A DNA stretch of 64,000 bases from NCBI GenBank assembly GCA_030390025.1, contig CM059432.1, positions 93,126,001 to 93,190,000 on the forward strand, in the 5' to 3' direction. The translations under genes were made by a program, and so were the position numbers. Below, in pieces: positions 12,284-26,192 of this stretch (position 1 is its first letter; every line of letters begins with the position of its first letter). A model generated the notes under the pieces. The model saw only the letters and a program-made list of their open reading frames with translations, was not told the DNA's origin and ran no database searches. This stretch comes from Squalus acanthias (taxonomy: Eukaryota).

Positions 12284-13397
12284 GAAACTATAGACCAGTT
12301 AGGTTAACAGCCATTGTAAGAAACTTCTTTGAAATCTAGCGGGTCAACATTTTGAATAGCTTAACTTGTTAAAGGACAAAAGGAACGAAATTGAGGCCAT
12401 AATTAAACTACTGTAGTTTTCCGAAACCTTTACTGACATGGTGAATAGGGGAATTTGGATTATTAATACATTTGGATGTTCAGAAGACTTTTGAAAGGGT
12501 TTCACATTGGTGACTAAAGGGTAATGTGAAAAGCCACAGAATAGGAGATAAAACGTGGACTTACACTGAAAATTGTCTTCAAAACAGGACAGAGAGTAGT
12601 CATTTAAAGGAACGTTTCAGGTTGGAAAGAGGTCATGAATAGACTATCCAAGCAGTCACTTTGGGGAACTTTGGGGTTATTTTTAATTTCTATTAATTAA
12701 TGATTTGGACCAGGGCATAGCAAGCAAAATCTCCAAGTTTGCAGATAATGGCAGGGTAAATAGTGATGAGCAATGAGACCAGATTCAGTGTAGACTGCTG
12801 CAGTAAAAAAGGGGCAAATAAGGTACTGAACTGTAATAGCAGAAAGACAGAGTACCAACCTAAAGACGTTGTATTATTGTTGTATAACTGCTGATCAGAC
12901 CCCAGCTGGAATACTGTGTGCAGTCTGATTGGCTAATCACAGAAAGGATATTATTGTCTTTGAGATGTTACAGAGTGCAGCAAGATGATTCCAGTTATTA
13001 GGAATTTATGAGAAATTGTTAAGGAAGTTTGAATTGTTTCATTTGTAAAGACTCTTTGACGTGATCTAATTGCAGTTTTCAACACGATGAAGCGATTGAC
13101 AAAATTGATCCACGCAAATTTTTCAGTTATGTATGGGCTCAAATACCAGGGGACACAGTTAGTAGTAAGAGGGGAAGTCACGCTGAACCTTTAATACCCA
13201 AACGGTAATAGATTTATACAATAAGTTTCAAGAGAGGCCTTTGAATCAAACAGTATAAAAAGGTTCAAGAGGCAACAAGATACATTTCTAGTCAAGAGAG
13301 GGATAGGGTGAGAAGGCAGGTCGATAGGGTTGATCACTGAAAGAGAGACGGGTTTGTTTGGGGCCTTTTACAGTTCGTAAGAATTTTTATGTTCTAA
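12284..13397 (+). mobile_element. Old CR1 fragment, continuing from 7935-8021 across H1
   Basis: Degenerate GNYRPV, DVQKTFE, SKFADN and RPQLEYCVQ motifs; CR1-like tail. Confidence 0.75.
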
Positions 13398-14547
13398 CGA
13401 TTCTATTGTATACATATTGTCTGTGTTTATAAGTTAGCAATGTAGTGCAGTTCTATAGGATCTATCAGTACAGTATTACAGTCGGCAGAGAAAGATTTTC
13501 ATTCCAGCAGTCTGGTACAAATTCAAACCCAAATCCCAGAGATGAAGGACACTACTGTCAACCTGCTCTGTCGCCCAGGCAACAATCAATGTTATTTAAC
13601 TAAATTTGGATCAAGCAGTGTCCAGTAAACATCTCAGGGATTTGAATTCTACCGACAAATTCAGAAGCCAACATCAATTAATAAATACCGATGCCTAAAT
13701 TCAAATCTGGGAATATAACAACCTTTTGCTCAAATGCACCCCAGAATCTATCAGTATGCAAAAACCCCCCCACAAAACACACACCAAACAGGCATGCAGA
13801 AAGTATTTCTTCACTCTCTAATTAGAATAGTCCTTGTAAGCATTGTCCCACCAATCTGGGGTTCTGCCAGCAGCAGGATTTCTGTTCCAATTTACAATGT
13901 GATGTTTGGGAAGCAGATTGATGTTTCTTGGGCAGAATGATTTAAATTACTTTTTAAGGTGTTTATAAAATCCTTTACTATTTCCTTTTATATTCCCCCT
14001 CCAGTCATTCTTCATATCCCCTCAGCCTTTCTACTCTCCTTTTTTGCCTCCCCTCTATATTTTCTGTACTCTGTTCCGTTTTCTTTTGTATCATTAGTTC
14101 TACATTTGTTAAGTACCTCTTTTAAATCTATCAATGTCTCTATTTAACCAAGATTTTGCTGCACACCCCTTTACTTCTTGTAGGGATGTATCTAGTTTGT
14201 ATTCGTCATCTCCTGTTTGAAAGTTTCCCTTGTTTGTCCAGTGTCTTTTCTGCCAATTTTTATTTCTAATTTACCTGGGCTAGTCTCAACAACAACAATC
14301 CGTTGGTTTCCATACCCACAAACTGGGGCTCTGGTATTACAATATAGGATAGTTATTGGATTGCATTGTCGCTTAGGTTTGTATGTGATTGAAGTTGGCC
14401 ATTTCCAATTAAGTACATTTATCTTCGACTATTCCCTTTCTTTTCCAATTTTCCACAGAACCCAATTATGTTACAGATGCTGTTTCCTAGATGTTCCCTT
14501 ATCCTTTCATTACTTACTTGCCTCAGTTCATTTCCTAGAACTAGATT

Positions 14548-14925
14548 GAAACGTATAAAATTCTGACAGTGCTAGACAGACTGGATGCAGGGAGGATGTT
14601 TCCCCTGGCTGGGGGGTCTAGAACGAGGGGTCACAGTCTCAGGATACGGGGTAGGACATTTAGGACTGAGATGAGGAGAAATTTCTTCACTCAGAGGGTG
14701 GTGAACCTGTGGAATTCTCTACCACAGAAGGCTGTGGATGCCAAGTCACTGAATATATTTAAGAAGGAGATAGATAGATTTCTAGACACAAAAGGCATCA
14801 AGGGGTATGGGGAGAGAGCAGGAATATGGTATTGAGATAGAGGATCAGCCATGATCATATTGAATGGCGGAGCAGGCTCGAAGGGCCGAATGGCCTACTC
14901 CTGCTCCTATTTTTCTATGTTTCTA
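14548..14925 (+). mobile_element. CR1 3' fragment inserted in an older minus-strand CR1 remnant (about 13950-15330)
   Basis: RRNFFTQRVVNLWNSLPQ; 3'UTR ending ctcctgctcctatttttctatgtttcta. Confidence 0.9.
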
Positions 14926-16046
14926 GAATCAGTACTACCTCTTTCTTTGTTGGAGTAAGACCTTCTGGGAGTAACTTTCATTTTGGACACAGGCAGAAAA
15001 CTGGCGGAATTGGATCGGTTTTGAAAGGAAAGTGAAAAGGAAAACTGGGCAGGCTGTATAATGGGCCGCTGATCCTCAATCACCGGATTTCCACCTGCAG
15101 ATTCTAACCATCAGATTCAGCTTTTTCACTGTCATTTTGATGTTCAAGTGCTGCAATAAACAAATCCTCCTTTTTTTTCTTACTCTATCTTCCTGAATAT
15201 TTTGTAACCAGGATTGTTTAGCTCCCAGTTCTTCCCAGCCTAAGCCATGTCTCTCTTAATGCTTTTAATATTATTCATAGATTTTGTGCATTTATGTACA
15301 TACAACACAAGCCTGCCTCTGTCTGTTCAGTAATCTTACTTTTTTATTGCTCTTTCTTCTTATCTTCTTTATTACATTCCTGCTTTTCTCTTTTTTTTCG
15401 ACACCCTTCATTACTCATTATTGAGATCCAGGCCAGCTGTTTCCTTTGCGAGCCACTGTTGTGGCCTGTGGTCCAATCCCACATTTCCCATCCCATCTGC
15501 TACCACTTTATGATCGTATTCTTTGTGCTTGTGTATTCTAAGTGTTTCAGACTGCCTACAGAAAGCGCAGAAAAGTGCACCTGAGGGCACATGTGAAAGA
15601 CACGATATCCAGTTCAGATCACGAGGGGGTCCTATTGTTCCACTCTTGGGTTAAGCTATTGTATAACTAGATACTGAGTGGTACGGGCACACCCCAGAAC
15701 ATAAAGTACTCAGATCGCCGTACTCAAGACAATATGTAAGGCAGGACTGAAAGCTGTAGCAACTGGTAGCAGCTACCTGGGATACAGAGTTACACTGGTG
15801 ATGAAGGTGATTCAAAACATTTAAAATTTAAAAGTGAATGGAACAGAAGCAGTAATACCCCAAAATATCGACTAGATCAGAAGAGGCAGAAATTAAAATG
15901 TCACATTTAGCCGGGGCAGAAAAAGTACGAAAGAGAGAATTCCAGCTAAAGGAGCGAAAGTTTCAATTGAGAGAGAGATTCAGCTCGAGAAAGAAGAGCA
16001 ATATGAAGGGGAAGAAAAGCAAGAATGGGAGGAAGGCAGACTGCAG

Positions 16047-19000
16047 GAACATACATACGAACATACGAATTAGGAGCAGGAGTAGGCCACTCGGCCCTTC
16101 GAGCCTGCTCCGCCATTCAATAAGATCATGGCTGATCTGATTACTCCACATTCCCGCCTACCCCCGATAACTTTTCACCCCCTTGCTTACCAAGAATCTA
16201 TCTACCTCTGCCTTAAAAATATTCAAAGACTCTGCTTCCACCGCCCTCTGAGGAAGAGAGTTCCAAAGACTCACGACCCTCTGTGAGAAAAAATTTCTCC
16301 TCATCTCTGTCTTAAATGGGTGACCCCTTATTTTTAAACAGTAACCCCTAGTTCTAGATTCTCCCACAAGAGGAAACATCCTCTCCACATCCATCCTGTC
16401 CAGACCCCTCAGGATCTTATATGTTTCAATCAAGTCACTTCTTATTCTTCTAAACTCCAGCGGATACAAGCCTAGCCTGTCCAACCTTTCCTCATTAGAC
16501 AACCCGCCCATCCCAGGTATTAGTCTAGTAAACCTTCTCTGAACTGCTTCCAACGCATTTACATCCTTCCTTAAATAAGGAGACCAATACTGTACACAGT
16601 ATTCCAGATGTGGTCTCACCAATGCCCTGTATAACTGAAACATAACCTCCCTACTTTTGTATTCAATTCCCCTTGCAATAAACGATAACATTCTATTAGC
16701 TTTCCTAATTACTTGCTGTATCTGCATAGTAACCTTTTGTGATTCACGCACTAGGACACCCAGATCCCTCTGCAATCTCTCACCATTGAGATAATATGCT
16801 TCTTTTTTATTCTTCCTGCCAAAATGGACAACTTCACATTTTCCCACATTATACTCCATTTGCCAGATCTTTGCCCACTCACTTAACTTATCTATATCCC
16901 TTTGTAGCTTCCTTATGTCCTCTTCACAATTTACTTTCCTACCTATCTTTGTGTCATCAGTAAATTTAGCAACCATATATCCAAGTCATTTATATAAATT
17001 GTAAAAAGTTGAGGCCCCAGCACTGATCCCTGTGGCACACCACTCGTTACATCTTGCCAATCAGAAAATGACCCATTTATGCCTACTCTCTGTTTCCTGT
17101 TAGCTAGCCAATCTTCTATCCATGCCAATATGTTACCCCCTACACCATGAGCTTTTATTTTCCGCAATAACCTTTGATGTGGCACCTTATCAAATGCCTT
17201 CTGGAAATCTAAGTACAGTACATCCACCGGTTTCCCTTTATCCACAGCACATGTTACTTCCTCAAAGAACTCCAATAAATTGGTTAAACATGATTTCCCT
17301 TGCACAAAACCATGTTGACTCTGCCTGATTACTTTGAACTTTTCTAAATGCCCTGCTATAACGTCTTTAATAATAGCTTCTAACATCTTCCCTATGACAG
17401 ATGTTAAGCTAACTGGCCTGTAGTTTCCTGCTTTCTGTCTCCCTCCCTTTTTGAATAAAGGAGTTACATTCGCTATTTTCCAATCTAATGAAACCTTCCC
17501 CGAATCTAGGGAATTTTGGAAAATTAAAACCAACGCATCAACTATCTCATTAGCCACTTCTTTTAAGACCCTAGGATGAAGTCCATCAGGACCCGGGGAC
17601 TTGTCAGCCCACAGCTCCAACAATTTGCTCAGTACCACTTCCCTGGTGATTATAATTTTCTTGAGTTCCTCCCTCCCTTCCATTTCCTGATTTACAGCTA
17701 TTTCTGGGATGTTACTTGTATCCTCTATAGTGGAGACCGATGCAAAACACCTGTTCAATTCAACTGCCATCTCCTTATTTTCCATTATTAATTCCCCAGA
17801 TTCACTTTTTATAGGACCAACGCTCACTTTGTTAACTCTTTTCTTTTTTAAATATCTATAGAAACTCTTATTATCTGTTTTTATATTTCTAGCTAGCTTT
17901 CTCTCGTACTTTAATTTTTCTCTCCTTATTAATCTTTTAGTCATTCTTTGCTGTTTTTTATATTCTGTCCAATCTTCTGACCTGCCACCCATCTTTGCGC
18001 AATTATATGCTTTTTCTTTAAGTTTAATACTATCTTTAACTTTTTTAGTTAACCACGGATGGTGGGTCCTCCCCTTGGAATTTTTCTTTCTTGTTGGAAT
18101 GTATATATTCTGTGTATTTTGAAATATCCCCTTAAATGTCTGCCACTGCAACTCTATTGACCTATCCCTTAACCTAATTTGCCAGTTCACTTTAGCTAGC
18201 TCGGCTTTCATGCACTCATAATTGCCCTTATTTAAGTTTAAAATACTAGTCTTGGACCCACTCTTCTCTCTCTACCAGGTCTAGTATAGCCTGCTCTCTG
18301 GTTGGCTCCAGAACGTGCTGTTGTAAGAAACTATCCCGAAAACATTCCATGAACTCCTCATCTATGCTACCTTTGCCCATCTGATTTTTCCAGTCTATAT
18401 GCAGATTAAAATCCCCCATGATTATTGCCGTACCCTTCTGACAAGCTCCCATTATTTCTTCCTTTATACTCCATCCTACCATGTGGTTACTGTTAGGGGG
18501 CCTGTACACCACTCCCACAAGTGACTTCTTGCCTTTATTATTTCTCATCTCTACCCAAACCGCTTCTACATCCTGGTTTCCTGAACTTAGGTCATCCCTC
18601 TCTATTATGCTAATACCATCATTAATTAACAGAGCCACCCCTCCACCTTTTCCCACCTTCCTGTCCTTCCTAAATGTTATGTACCCTTCAATATTCAGGT
18701 CCCAATCTATGTCATCCTGCAGCCATGTTTCTGTAATGGCTATCAGATCATATTTATTTATTTCTATTTGTGCTATCAGTTCATCTGTTTTGTTTCGAAT
18801 GCTACGTGCATTCAGATGCAGAGCCTTTAGTTTTGTCCTTTTATTATTTTTGTAACCTCTAGCCTTATCTGTTGATTTACTCTTAGATTTGTACTCTCTA
18901 TCCCTTCCTGTCACAGTCTGTTTATCATTTCCCATATTAATACCTTTCTCTATTGCCTTGTCTCTAATCTTTGAATTACCGCATCTTCCCAAATTTGATC

Positions 19001-19067
19001 CCATGCCCCCAATATTTAGTTTAAAGCCCTCTCCACCGCCCTAGTTATATGACTCGCCAGAACACTG
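16047..19067 (-). mobile_element. CR1 LINE with near-complete ORF2 (APE endonuclease and RT), small deletions and frameshifts
   Basis: ORFs 18246-19004 (NARS, AITETWL, YRPP, GDFN), 16943-18211 ([20 protein letters not shown]) and 16158-16976 (FTDDTK); 3' tail near 16050. Confidence 0.95.
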
Positions 19068-20102
19068 GAAGAGGGCACGATGCAAATTCAAGGCCAAGAA
19101 GGATCAGCAGAGACAGCACGAGGTTGACGAGGAGGAGAAAGGTCAGTAATCTGTGTGCTCCCAGTGAGCGAAGCTCCATGCAGAGAGTTTAAATTTTTTA
19201 AATCTACGCTGTTCAGCTAGATTTTGGCTTTCTTTGAAAAAGAGGAAGAATTGTTGACTTTTCTTGGAAGCTGACAGGATCACAGAGTTAAAAGGTACAA
19301 ATCCCCAGAATGTGATTTCATTTGTGGGAATGAAAAACTAACAACTATTAACAACACGCTTGTAACAATGGTCTATAATGCATTTCATGTAGCTAACAAG
19401 CTACCTAACTGTTACAATTAAAGTTCATTATCTCTGCTGTGAAGAATTTGGAGAATAATTCAATAAAGATTGAGAAAAGGCTAATTTTCAGACTAGCCCC
19501 TGGATGCACTGGTAAATGCTTTAATGGAGCAAATAGATCTTTGCTGAAGGAGAATTGTCCTCAATTATGCTAAAGATGTATCTAATGATACCAATTTGTC
19601 AGTGAATGAATGAGTGCAGCATCGATGACTCATAGGTTCTTGTAGAATGTCCAGAAGAAATTACTTGATTTGTAAAGGGTAGAAAGACGTGGCATGGCTA
19701 TTATTGTAAAGTAGCAGTACAGGAAATATATGGTAATGAAGGAATAGTTGTTAAAGATATATGTAAAAAATGCTGTACTAACACATAAATGTCAGCAAGG
19801 TTGTAGCAAGTAAGGTAATAGAGGCGAATATAGCAGACTAATAATCAAACTTAAAAGGATGCCACTCATGGAACAAGGGTATCACATGAAACGATTCACT
19901 CCATGTGAGGAAAGAATAGTTGAATTATCAATGTGAACCACTGACCTACATGCACAAATTCCTAAATGTGCACCTATTGTGCTCAATCTGCGTTAGCAGT
20001 GTTAAATCATAAAACTTATTTTAATGGTAACAGGTTTCCAACATGATTAATCACTGAAATCTCAGCAAGTTATGGTAACCATCCTGAGGTGCATCTTGTT
20101 AC

Positions 20103-20364
20103 CTGATAAGCGTGGTCAGTGTGGACGAGGTAGAGGCAGGGTGGTGCTGACCGACTCAGTGGAGTGGTAGGTTTGGTCTCGGTTCTTATGACGGTGGCGT
20201 CAGATCGTCCTGCATCCAAGCTGGAGAGTGTAGGCGGTGAGGCCACAGATGGTGACACTGGAGAAAGGCTACCCAAACCCTCGGCTACAGAATCAGTGTT
20301 CAGTTTAATCTCTTGGTAGTAGAAATCTTCTTCACCATCGCTGCAATCTGAATCTACACTGCGT
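20103..20364 (-). CDS. ZNF704: ZNF704-like internal coding exon (EEDFYY motif to DHAYQ)
   Basis: ctacag acceptor, gtaac donor; 262 bp, phase 2 to phase 0. Encodes [30 protein letters not shown]...[19 protein letters not shown]. Confidence 0.92.
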
Positions 20365-21443
20365 CTGTAGGGAAAAAATAAATGGCCACCTAGTATCCAG
20401 TAATGATCAGAAACCAAGGTTAATATAAATAATACAGATCCCTCTGCACACTCCTCTATTAATGTCGTTACATAAACTTGCACTGGCATTGCATTAGTTT
20501 TTCAAACAACATATTCATGATTACTGATATTACAGACCAGCACCAATTAATGATTGGAAAGGAATTCAGATGACAGTGTTGTTTAATTTATTGCCACTAA
20601 TGCGTGCAAGAAAAAAAGAGATTTCCCTTTTTCATCTTGGCTGGATTCCAAATCCGTCCCAGATGAGAAAGAACACGGTTTAACAGAATGGGCCAGCTGC
20701 ACTTAAATGGAAGAAAAGAAACGTAGGAGTGAAAAAAACTCCCAAGTCCTCCAACTTCGCCCCTCCCCATGCGTACACAGTGAAGAATAATGGAAGCGGT
20801 TTGGAAAATCTTTCATTGAACAAAAGAAGAGGTGCAAGAGGGATGAATGTAAGTCTGTTGGCTTTGATTAGGCCAAGTGGGTTGCTCTTGTGAAACATCA
20901 TTTTTCTGTAAAAAAAAACTTAAGCCAGAGTTAAAAGATAACAAATGATAATCACAGGGTTTCTATTTTACTTCGACTATTAATGACAGTCATTTTTGAA
21001 GTGCAACTGTATTTAATTGATTATTTGAAAGAATCTGCTGGACTGTAATATATTTTCTCTCCACTATTTAAACCCTTTTCAGTCTCTCTGCTCCACTCTG
21101 AGAGGACAGATAACCTACTCTCAGTGAACTGAAGCAGACAGTCTACCAACTGGATTTGTATTCATTCCTTATAACACTTTTCAGTAATTTTTAGTAAAAA
21201 ATACAAGTTTTTTCTTTTAAAAATGAAAGAGGAAGTATACCCCAAAATGTAGTAAAAAGGAGCAACGATTACAATGTGAAAATGTGTTAAACTGATTACA
21301 TTTATACTATGTACATAGATGTACAAATCATTAATCATTTGCAATTTTTGAATAATTTTACATTACTAAAGTTAAAATATTGCACTAGATTTTTTTTTAA
21401 GGAAACTGCCATTATCAACAGCACTCAGTTTAAAATAAATAAT

Positions 21444-21800
21444 GGGCCTGAATTTGCGGTCGGAGGCTTCCCGTGGGCGAATGCCTCCAAACCACAAGAA
21501 AAGTACGAACCTACCTGATGGTCCCGGAGGTTCGTAGACTCGCGCTCCTGGGCCTCTACGCGTACGCCTGCGTAAAGGTCCACGTATCCCAGGGCCACAT
21601 GCGGTTCACAAGCGTCCCTGGGATCAAGTGGGCCAGCCCAACTAATCAAAAAGAAGGATCCCCATTATGCTTATGGGGATTCCATTTACGTACGGAATCC
21701 CCATAAGCATAATAGAAATCCCCCAAAAACCACAATTACAAACCAGTTAAATAAAAATAAATCATTACATGTTCAAAATTAATTAAAATACAATTAAATT
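21444..21800. mobile_element. MITE-like fragment with a perfect internal hairpin
   Basis: Harbinger-like end GGGCCTGAATTT; CpG-rich; 20-bp perfect stem at 21664-21713. Right boundary uncertain. Confidence 0.45.
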
Positions 21801-22767
21801 AAACATCAGTCCCAGTTTCAGACTTGAAGCTGTATTGAAACAACCATGAAGATTATTATGTGTTGATCCCAAAGGTAGTTGATTTTTGGCAAACTCAGTC
21901 TACTTCTAATGATCAAACAATATGCTTTAATGTGAAACACACTTGCAGTAAAGCCCTCTTTAGATCACCCTTTGCCATACCTCATTCCCTGGTGGGGTCA
22001 GATTCCGAAGCCATTATAAATGGTTCTGTTGCGCTGTTTGTCAGGGAGGACAGGCAGATCACCTGTTCTGAGATCTCTGCCAAAAATGCTTTAAACTTGT
22101 TAGAAAGTGCGCGAGAGTCTGTGTGAAAATGCCTGGCCTCCACAATACCTCTTCTTTATAGTAAAGCCTGTACTAGTAACTCACCATATGAGAGCTCGTG
22201 GGTATAACCTGCTTCCTATCAGTGCACAACACAGTGGCCGCGATTTTGCCGGCGCTCAGAGGGCGGGTCTAGAAGCGGGTCAGAGGTTAAATTCATTTTG
22301 ATTGACGGCGTGTTCCGAACCCGCCGTCAACCCGCCTCCACGCAACTTTGCAAAGTGTCGGGTCTGGGAGTCCCGCTCAGACCCGCCACCAAGCAGTGGG
22401 AGAGGCACTTAAAGCAGTTAACATGTTAACTGCCTACGTAATCCGATTTTAGCCAGCTCTTCCCATTTTACGACATTTTCAGCGTGTTCCACGTCGTTCG
22501 CAAAACACGTCAGCTGATTGTGCCGGGTTCAGCAACTACGTGAATTCTTGACAGCTGCACCTGCAGCATAAAAGCGGACCTGTAACATGGATGACTTTCA
22601 GATGGCAGAACTTCGTTTTTTGAGGTGTTGGAACACTTTTTGCAGGTCTACTGAGCTTGTCAGTGGTTAAGCTGAGATCCATATGCACTGTGACCTCCTT
22701 GGAAAACCCTCTCCCCACATTGAGCGCTTATAACATCTATTCCTCAACTGACATATATACCAGCGGA

Positions 22768-23875
22768 ATGGGAACCATTTATACCCTCTCATCCTGGTCC
22801 TCAAAATTGGAGGAAGAGCAGCCGCGGCAGCAGCAGAAGGAGGCACAACAGCAGCAGCAACAACAGGAGCTGTCAACCTCCTCCTCACCCACCTGATGCT
22901 GCACAGGGCATCAGTGCAGGGCTGCACCTCGCCGCAGGAGATACCCCCAACACAGGGTTTACAGGCCAAGGATGAGCTTCCTCAACATGACTGAGCAGCA
23001 GTGCCAAAGGAGGCTGAGACTTTCGCGAGAGGTAGTCGCTGACATCTGTGCAATGCTGCACCAACACCTAAAGCCCAGAGGAGCGGGTGGACACTCCTTA
23101 CCAGTGGCTGTCAAAGTCACCACCGCACTCAATTTTTTTGCTTCAGGGTCCTTCCAGGGATCATCAGCAGACATCAGCGGCATCTCCCAGTCAGCCGCAC
23201 ACACTTGCATCACGCAGGTTACCGATGCCCTCTTTGCAAAGGCGCACAATTACATCCACTTCTCCACGGATGAAGCAAGTGTAACCGCGTGTGCGGTTGG
23301 CTTTGCAAATATGGCAGGCTTGCCAAGGGTGCAGGGCGTCGTAGACTGCACACATGTGGCTATTAGGGCACCCCATCACAACCCAGCTGTATTTGTCAAT
23401 CACAAGGGCTTCCACTCCTTTAACGTCCAGCTGGTGTGTAACCACAGGAAGAACATTATGCATGTTTGCGCCAAGTTCCCTGGCAGTTGCCATGACTCGT
23501 TCATCCTGCGGCAGTCTACTGTGCCTCAGCTATTCAATCCGCCAACCCAACTTTCCAGATGGCTACTTGGAGACAAGGGCTATCCCCTGAAGACATGGTT
23601 AATGACACTGATGAGGAGGCCATCAAACGAAGCTGAGGAGCGCTACAATGCGAGCCACATTTCCACCAGAGGCATCATCGAGCAAACCATCGGCTTGCTC
23701 AAATGCGATTCAGATGCCTCGACAGATCAGGTGGAGCCCTACAGTACTCACCAGCCAGGGTCTCCAGAATCATCGTGGTCTGCTGTGCACTGCACATCGC
23801 ACAGCAGCATGGCTTACCGCTGTCTGAGGAACAAGTGGCTCAGTGCACAGCCTCCTCCTCCTCAGAGGAGGAGTG
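22768..23875 (+). pseudogene. H2 Harbinger transposase
   Basis: GVVDCTH, FPGSCHD, LLGDKGY and IIEQTIG motifs; Gln-rich N-terminus; frameshifts; C-terminus truncated. Confidence 0.92.
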
Positions 23876-23888
23876 ACTACCCTTGTGA

Positions 23889-25796
23889 CTATTTGTGTGT
23901 TAACTTTCTCTTACACGTGCTTCTACGTGGTGCTTCCCCTGTGGTTTCAGCAGATGTTGAGGCACCTTGCTCACTTTCATGCTGCTCCTGCTTCGACACC
24001 TTTGGCGGGCATCCTCTGGGTTTGGGAGCCTGGGAGGGCTCGGCAATAGTCTGCTCCTCCTGCGGCTGTGCAGGGGCTGAGATGGCCATCTCAGTTGGGT
24101 GAGGAATCTGGGGCTCTGACCGAGGGCTCCGCAGTGGCATGGGAGTGTGAGCGCTTGGAGAGGAGCCCACACTTCCTTGTTGTCGACCACCAACATCCCT
24201 CTCGTGGGTCGCCCGCACTTCACTGCTAGCAAGTAGCTGGAGAGCACCTTGCTGCACATCAGTGGGGCCATGAGGATCCGTCTCTGTACTGATAGTCCTC
24301 ATAACGGGGATGCCCATGTACCTCTGGTGTCTCTCCTTAATAGCTGCCCATCTATCCTCCATAGCAGAGCATCTATTTAGAAGAGTCACCAAGCTCTGTT
24401 GAGTCTGGCGACTTATGTCCTCCAAGGAGGTTGCCACCTTCTCCATGGTGGCACGTTCATGCGCCGCCTCCACCATGGCATTGCTTATGTTTGAGATGGA
24501 CTCCTCCATTCTCTGCACATTCGCAGTTACCGTGGATGCAAAACCTGTCAGAGACTCCTGCACTTGTTGCTGAAGTTCCAGCACCACTCTCTTTCTGGAT
24601 GGCCCCAGAGGCACAGGGTCTACATGCAGCTGAGCAGAGCTAGGAGCACACTGCGGCCTCCGACGAGGACTCTCCACTGCTGTCCCTGTCTCCACCATCT
24701 GCTGATGCTCACTTGTGAGCTGTGATACACTGTGACAACACTACTCTATCTCGCGAATGACCCACTGAGGTGTGCGTCTCTGCGCTGGTGCTGGGTGCGC
24801 TCAATTCTGCTGACACTGCGCCCTCAGAGGTTGCAGCTTCCTCTGAGGAGTCTTCCGGCTCTTCCACCTGGACAGTGGGGAGGGGGGCTCTCGATGGTCC
24901 TGTGGGGAGTAAAGGCATGAGTTAGACATGTGATATTAACGTAGCAGGCACATCGAATTGTGCAGATGATCAGAACTCAATCTGTATGAACATCAGATGC
25001 CATATCAGTCACTCATGCAATCTAAATGAGAGGGTTGCAAATCTATTCTGTCACCAGCTTGCTTTACTGCGCCCGTCTCACCGTCCCTCACTTCCAGATC
25101 CTCAGCACCTCCGACGATGTCGAGAGCAGCCTCCTCAGCGGTGGTCAAGTGGGCAATGGAAGGTGGCCCTCCTCCTGTCCTGCCCTCTCCCTCTTATTGT
25201 GGGCTCTCTTTTCCTGCAATGAGGGACACAAGTGGAGTTTGAGTGAGAATGTTGGAGTGAGTGTAGAGAATCCATAGCATAGATGCTTTGAGGGAGACAA
25301 AGATGGAGTGAGGTGCCAATACCAAGGTCCCCCACTGTGCGTTGTTAGTTGTTGTCATTGCATTACAGTGATAGCGAGTGTGAGGGGTACATAGTAGAAT
25401 GGTGCAGTGATTCTGTACATAGAGAGAGAGGGATGGTTAAGGGTGCAAGGGATGTAAGGGTAAAGTGGGATGTGCAGGAGTAGGTTGACAATGCAGAGTG
25501 CCGGTGATGAGAGGAGATGGGGAGCAGATTGAAGGTAAGTGTGATGTTATACTCACTTTTGCTGTGCATAGCAGATCATTGAACCTTTTCCTGTACTGAA
25601 CCCATGTGCGACCACACAAAGACCTGGCGCTCACCTCCTCAGCAATTTGCAGCCAGGCTGCTTTGGTTTGCTGAGGAGGCTTCCTCCGTCCGTTTGAGGG
25701 GAACAGTACCTCTTGGTGCCCTCTCACTCCCTCCACAAGAGCATGGAGGGAGTCATCATCAAATCGTGGAGATGCCTTTGGTCTTGAAGCAGTCAT
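23889..25796 (-). pseudogene. H2 Myb/SANT-like gene (exons 25557-25796, 25055-25213, 23889-24899)
   Basis: PRFDDDSL...AW..IA..VS....RTWVQYRKRFNDL motif; GT-AG introns; long helical C-terminal exon; frameshifts in exons 2 and 3. Confidence 0.87.
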
Positions 25797-26192
25797 TTTA
25801 AATGTGCCACACCGAGAAGCAGCAGGAAAGGATGGATGAAAAACCACAGAGGTCAGCAGAGGCGAGCAGCAGACCCGAACCCACTGATTGGGCCGGGTAG
25901 CACGCACGACGGGTTTAATCAGCCCACTTAAGCCAAAATCGTTATTTCAGAGTGGATTAAACCAGCAGCGGGACCGGAACCCGCCGAACATTGAACCCGA
26001 GTCCAACCCGCCTCCACTCGGAAAATCGCAGGCCAGTGTGTCGGAACACCAGAAAATTGCATCATCTATTATTTTCACTACATCGAATGGACTAATCCCT
26101 TTTAAATATAATCAATAATGATGGTATGAGAACTATCCTATGCTATAATCATCCACTAAAGCTAGGCTCCTTCCCTGTGACTTGTATCTTAC

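Larger units (their letters stand above)
22236..26034. mobile_element. Harbinger DNA transposon, two-gene type (element H2)
   Basis: TIRs GGCCGCGATTTT / AAAATCGCAGGCC; AGT TSD at 22233-22235 and 26035-26037; internal deletion near 23875. Confidence 0.92.
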
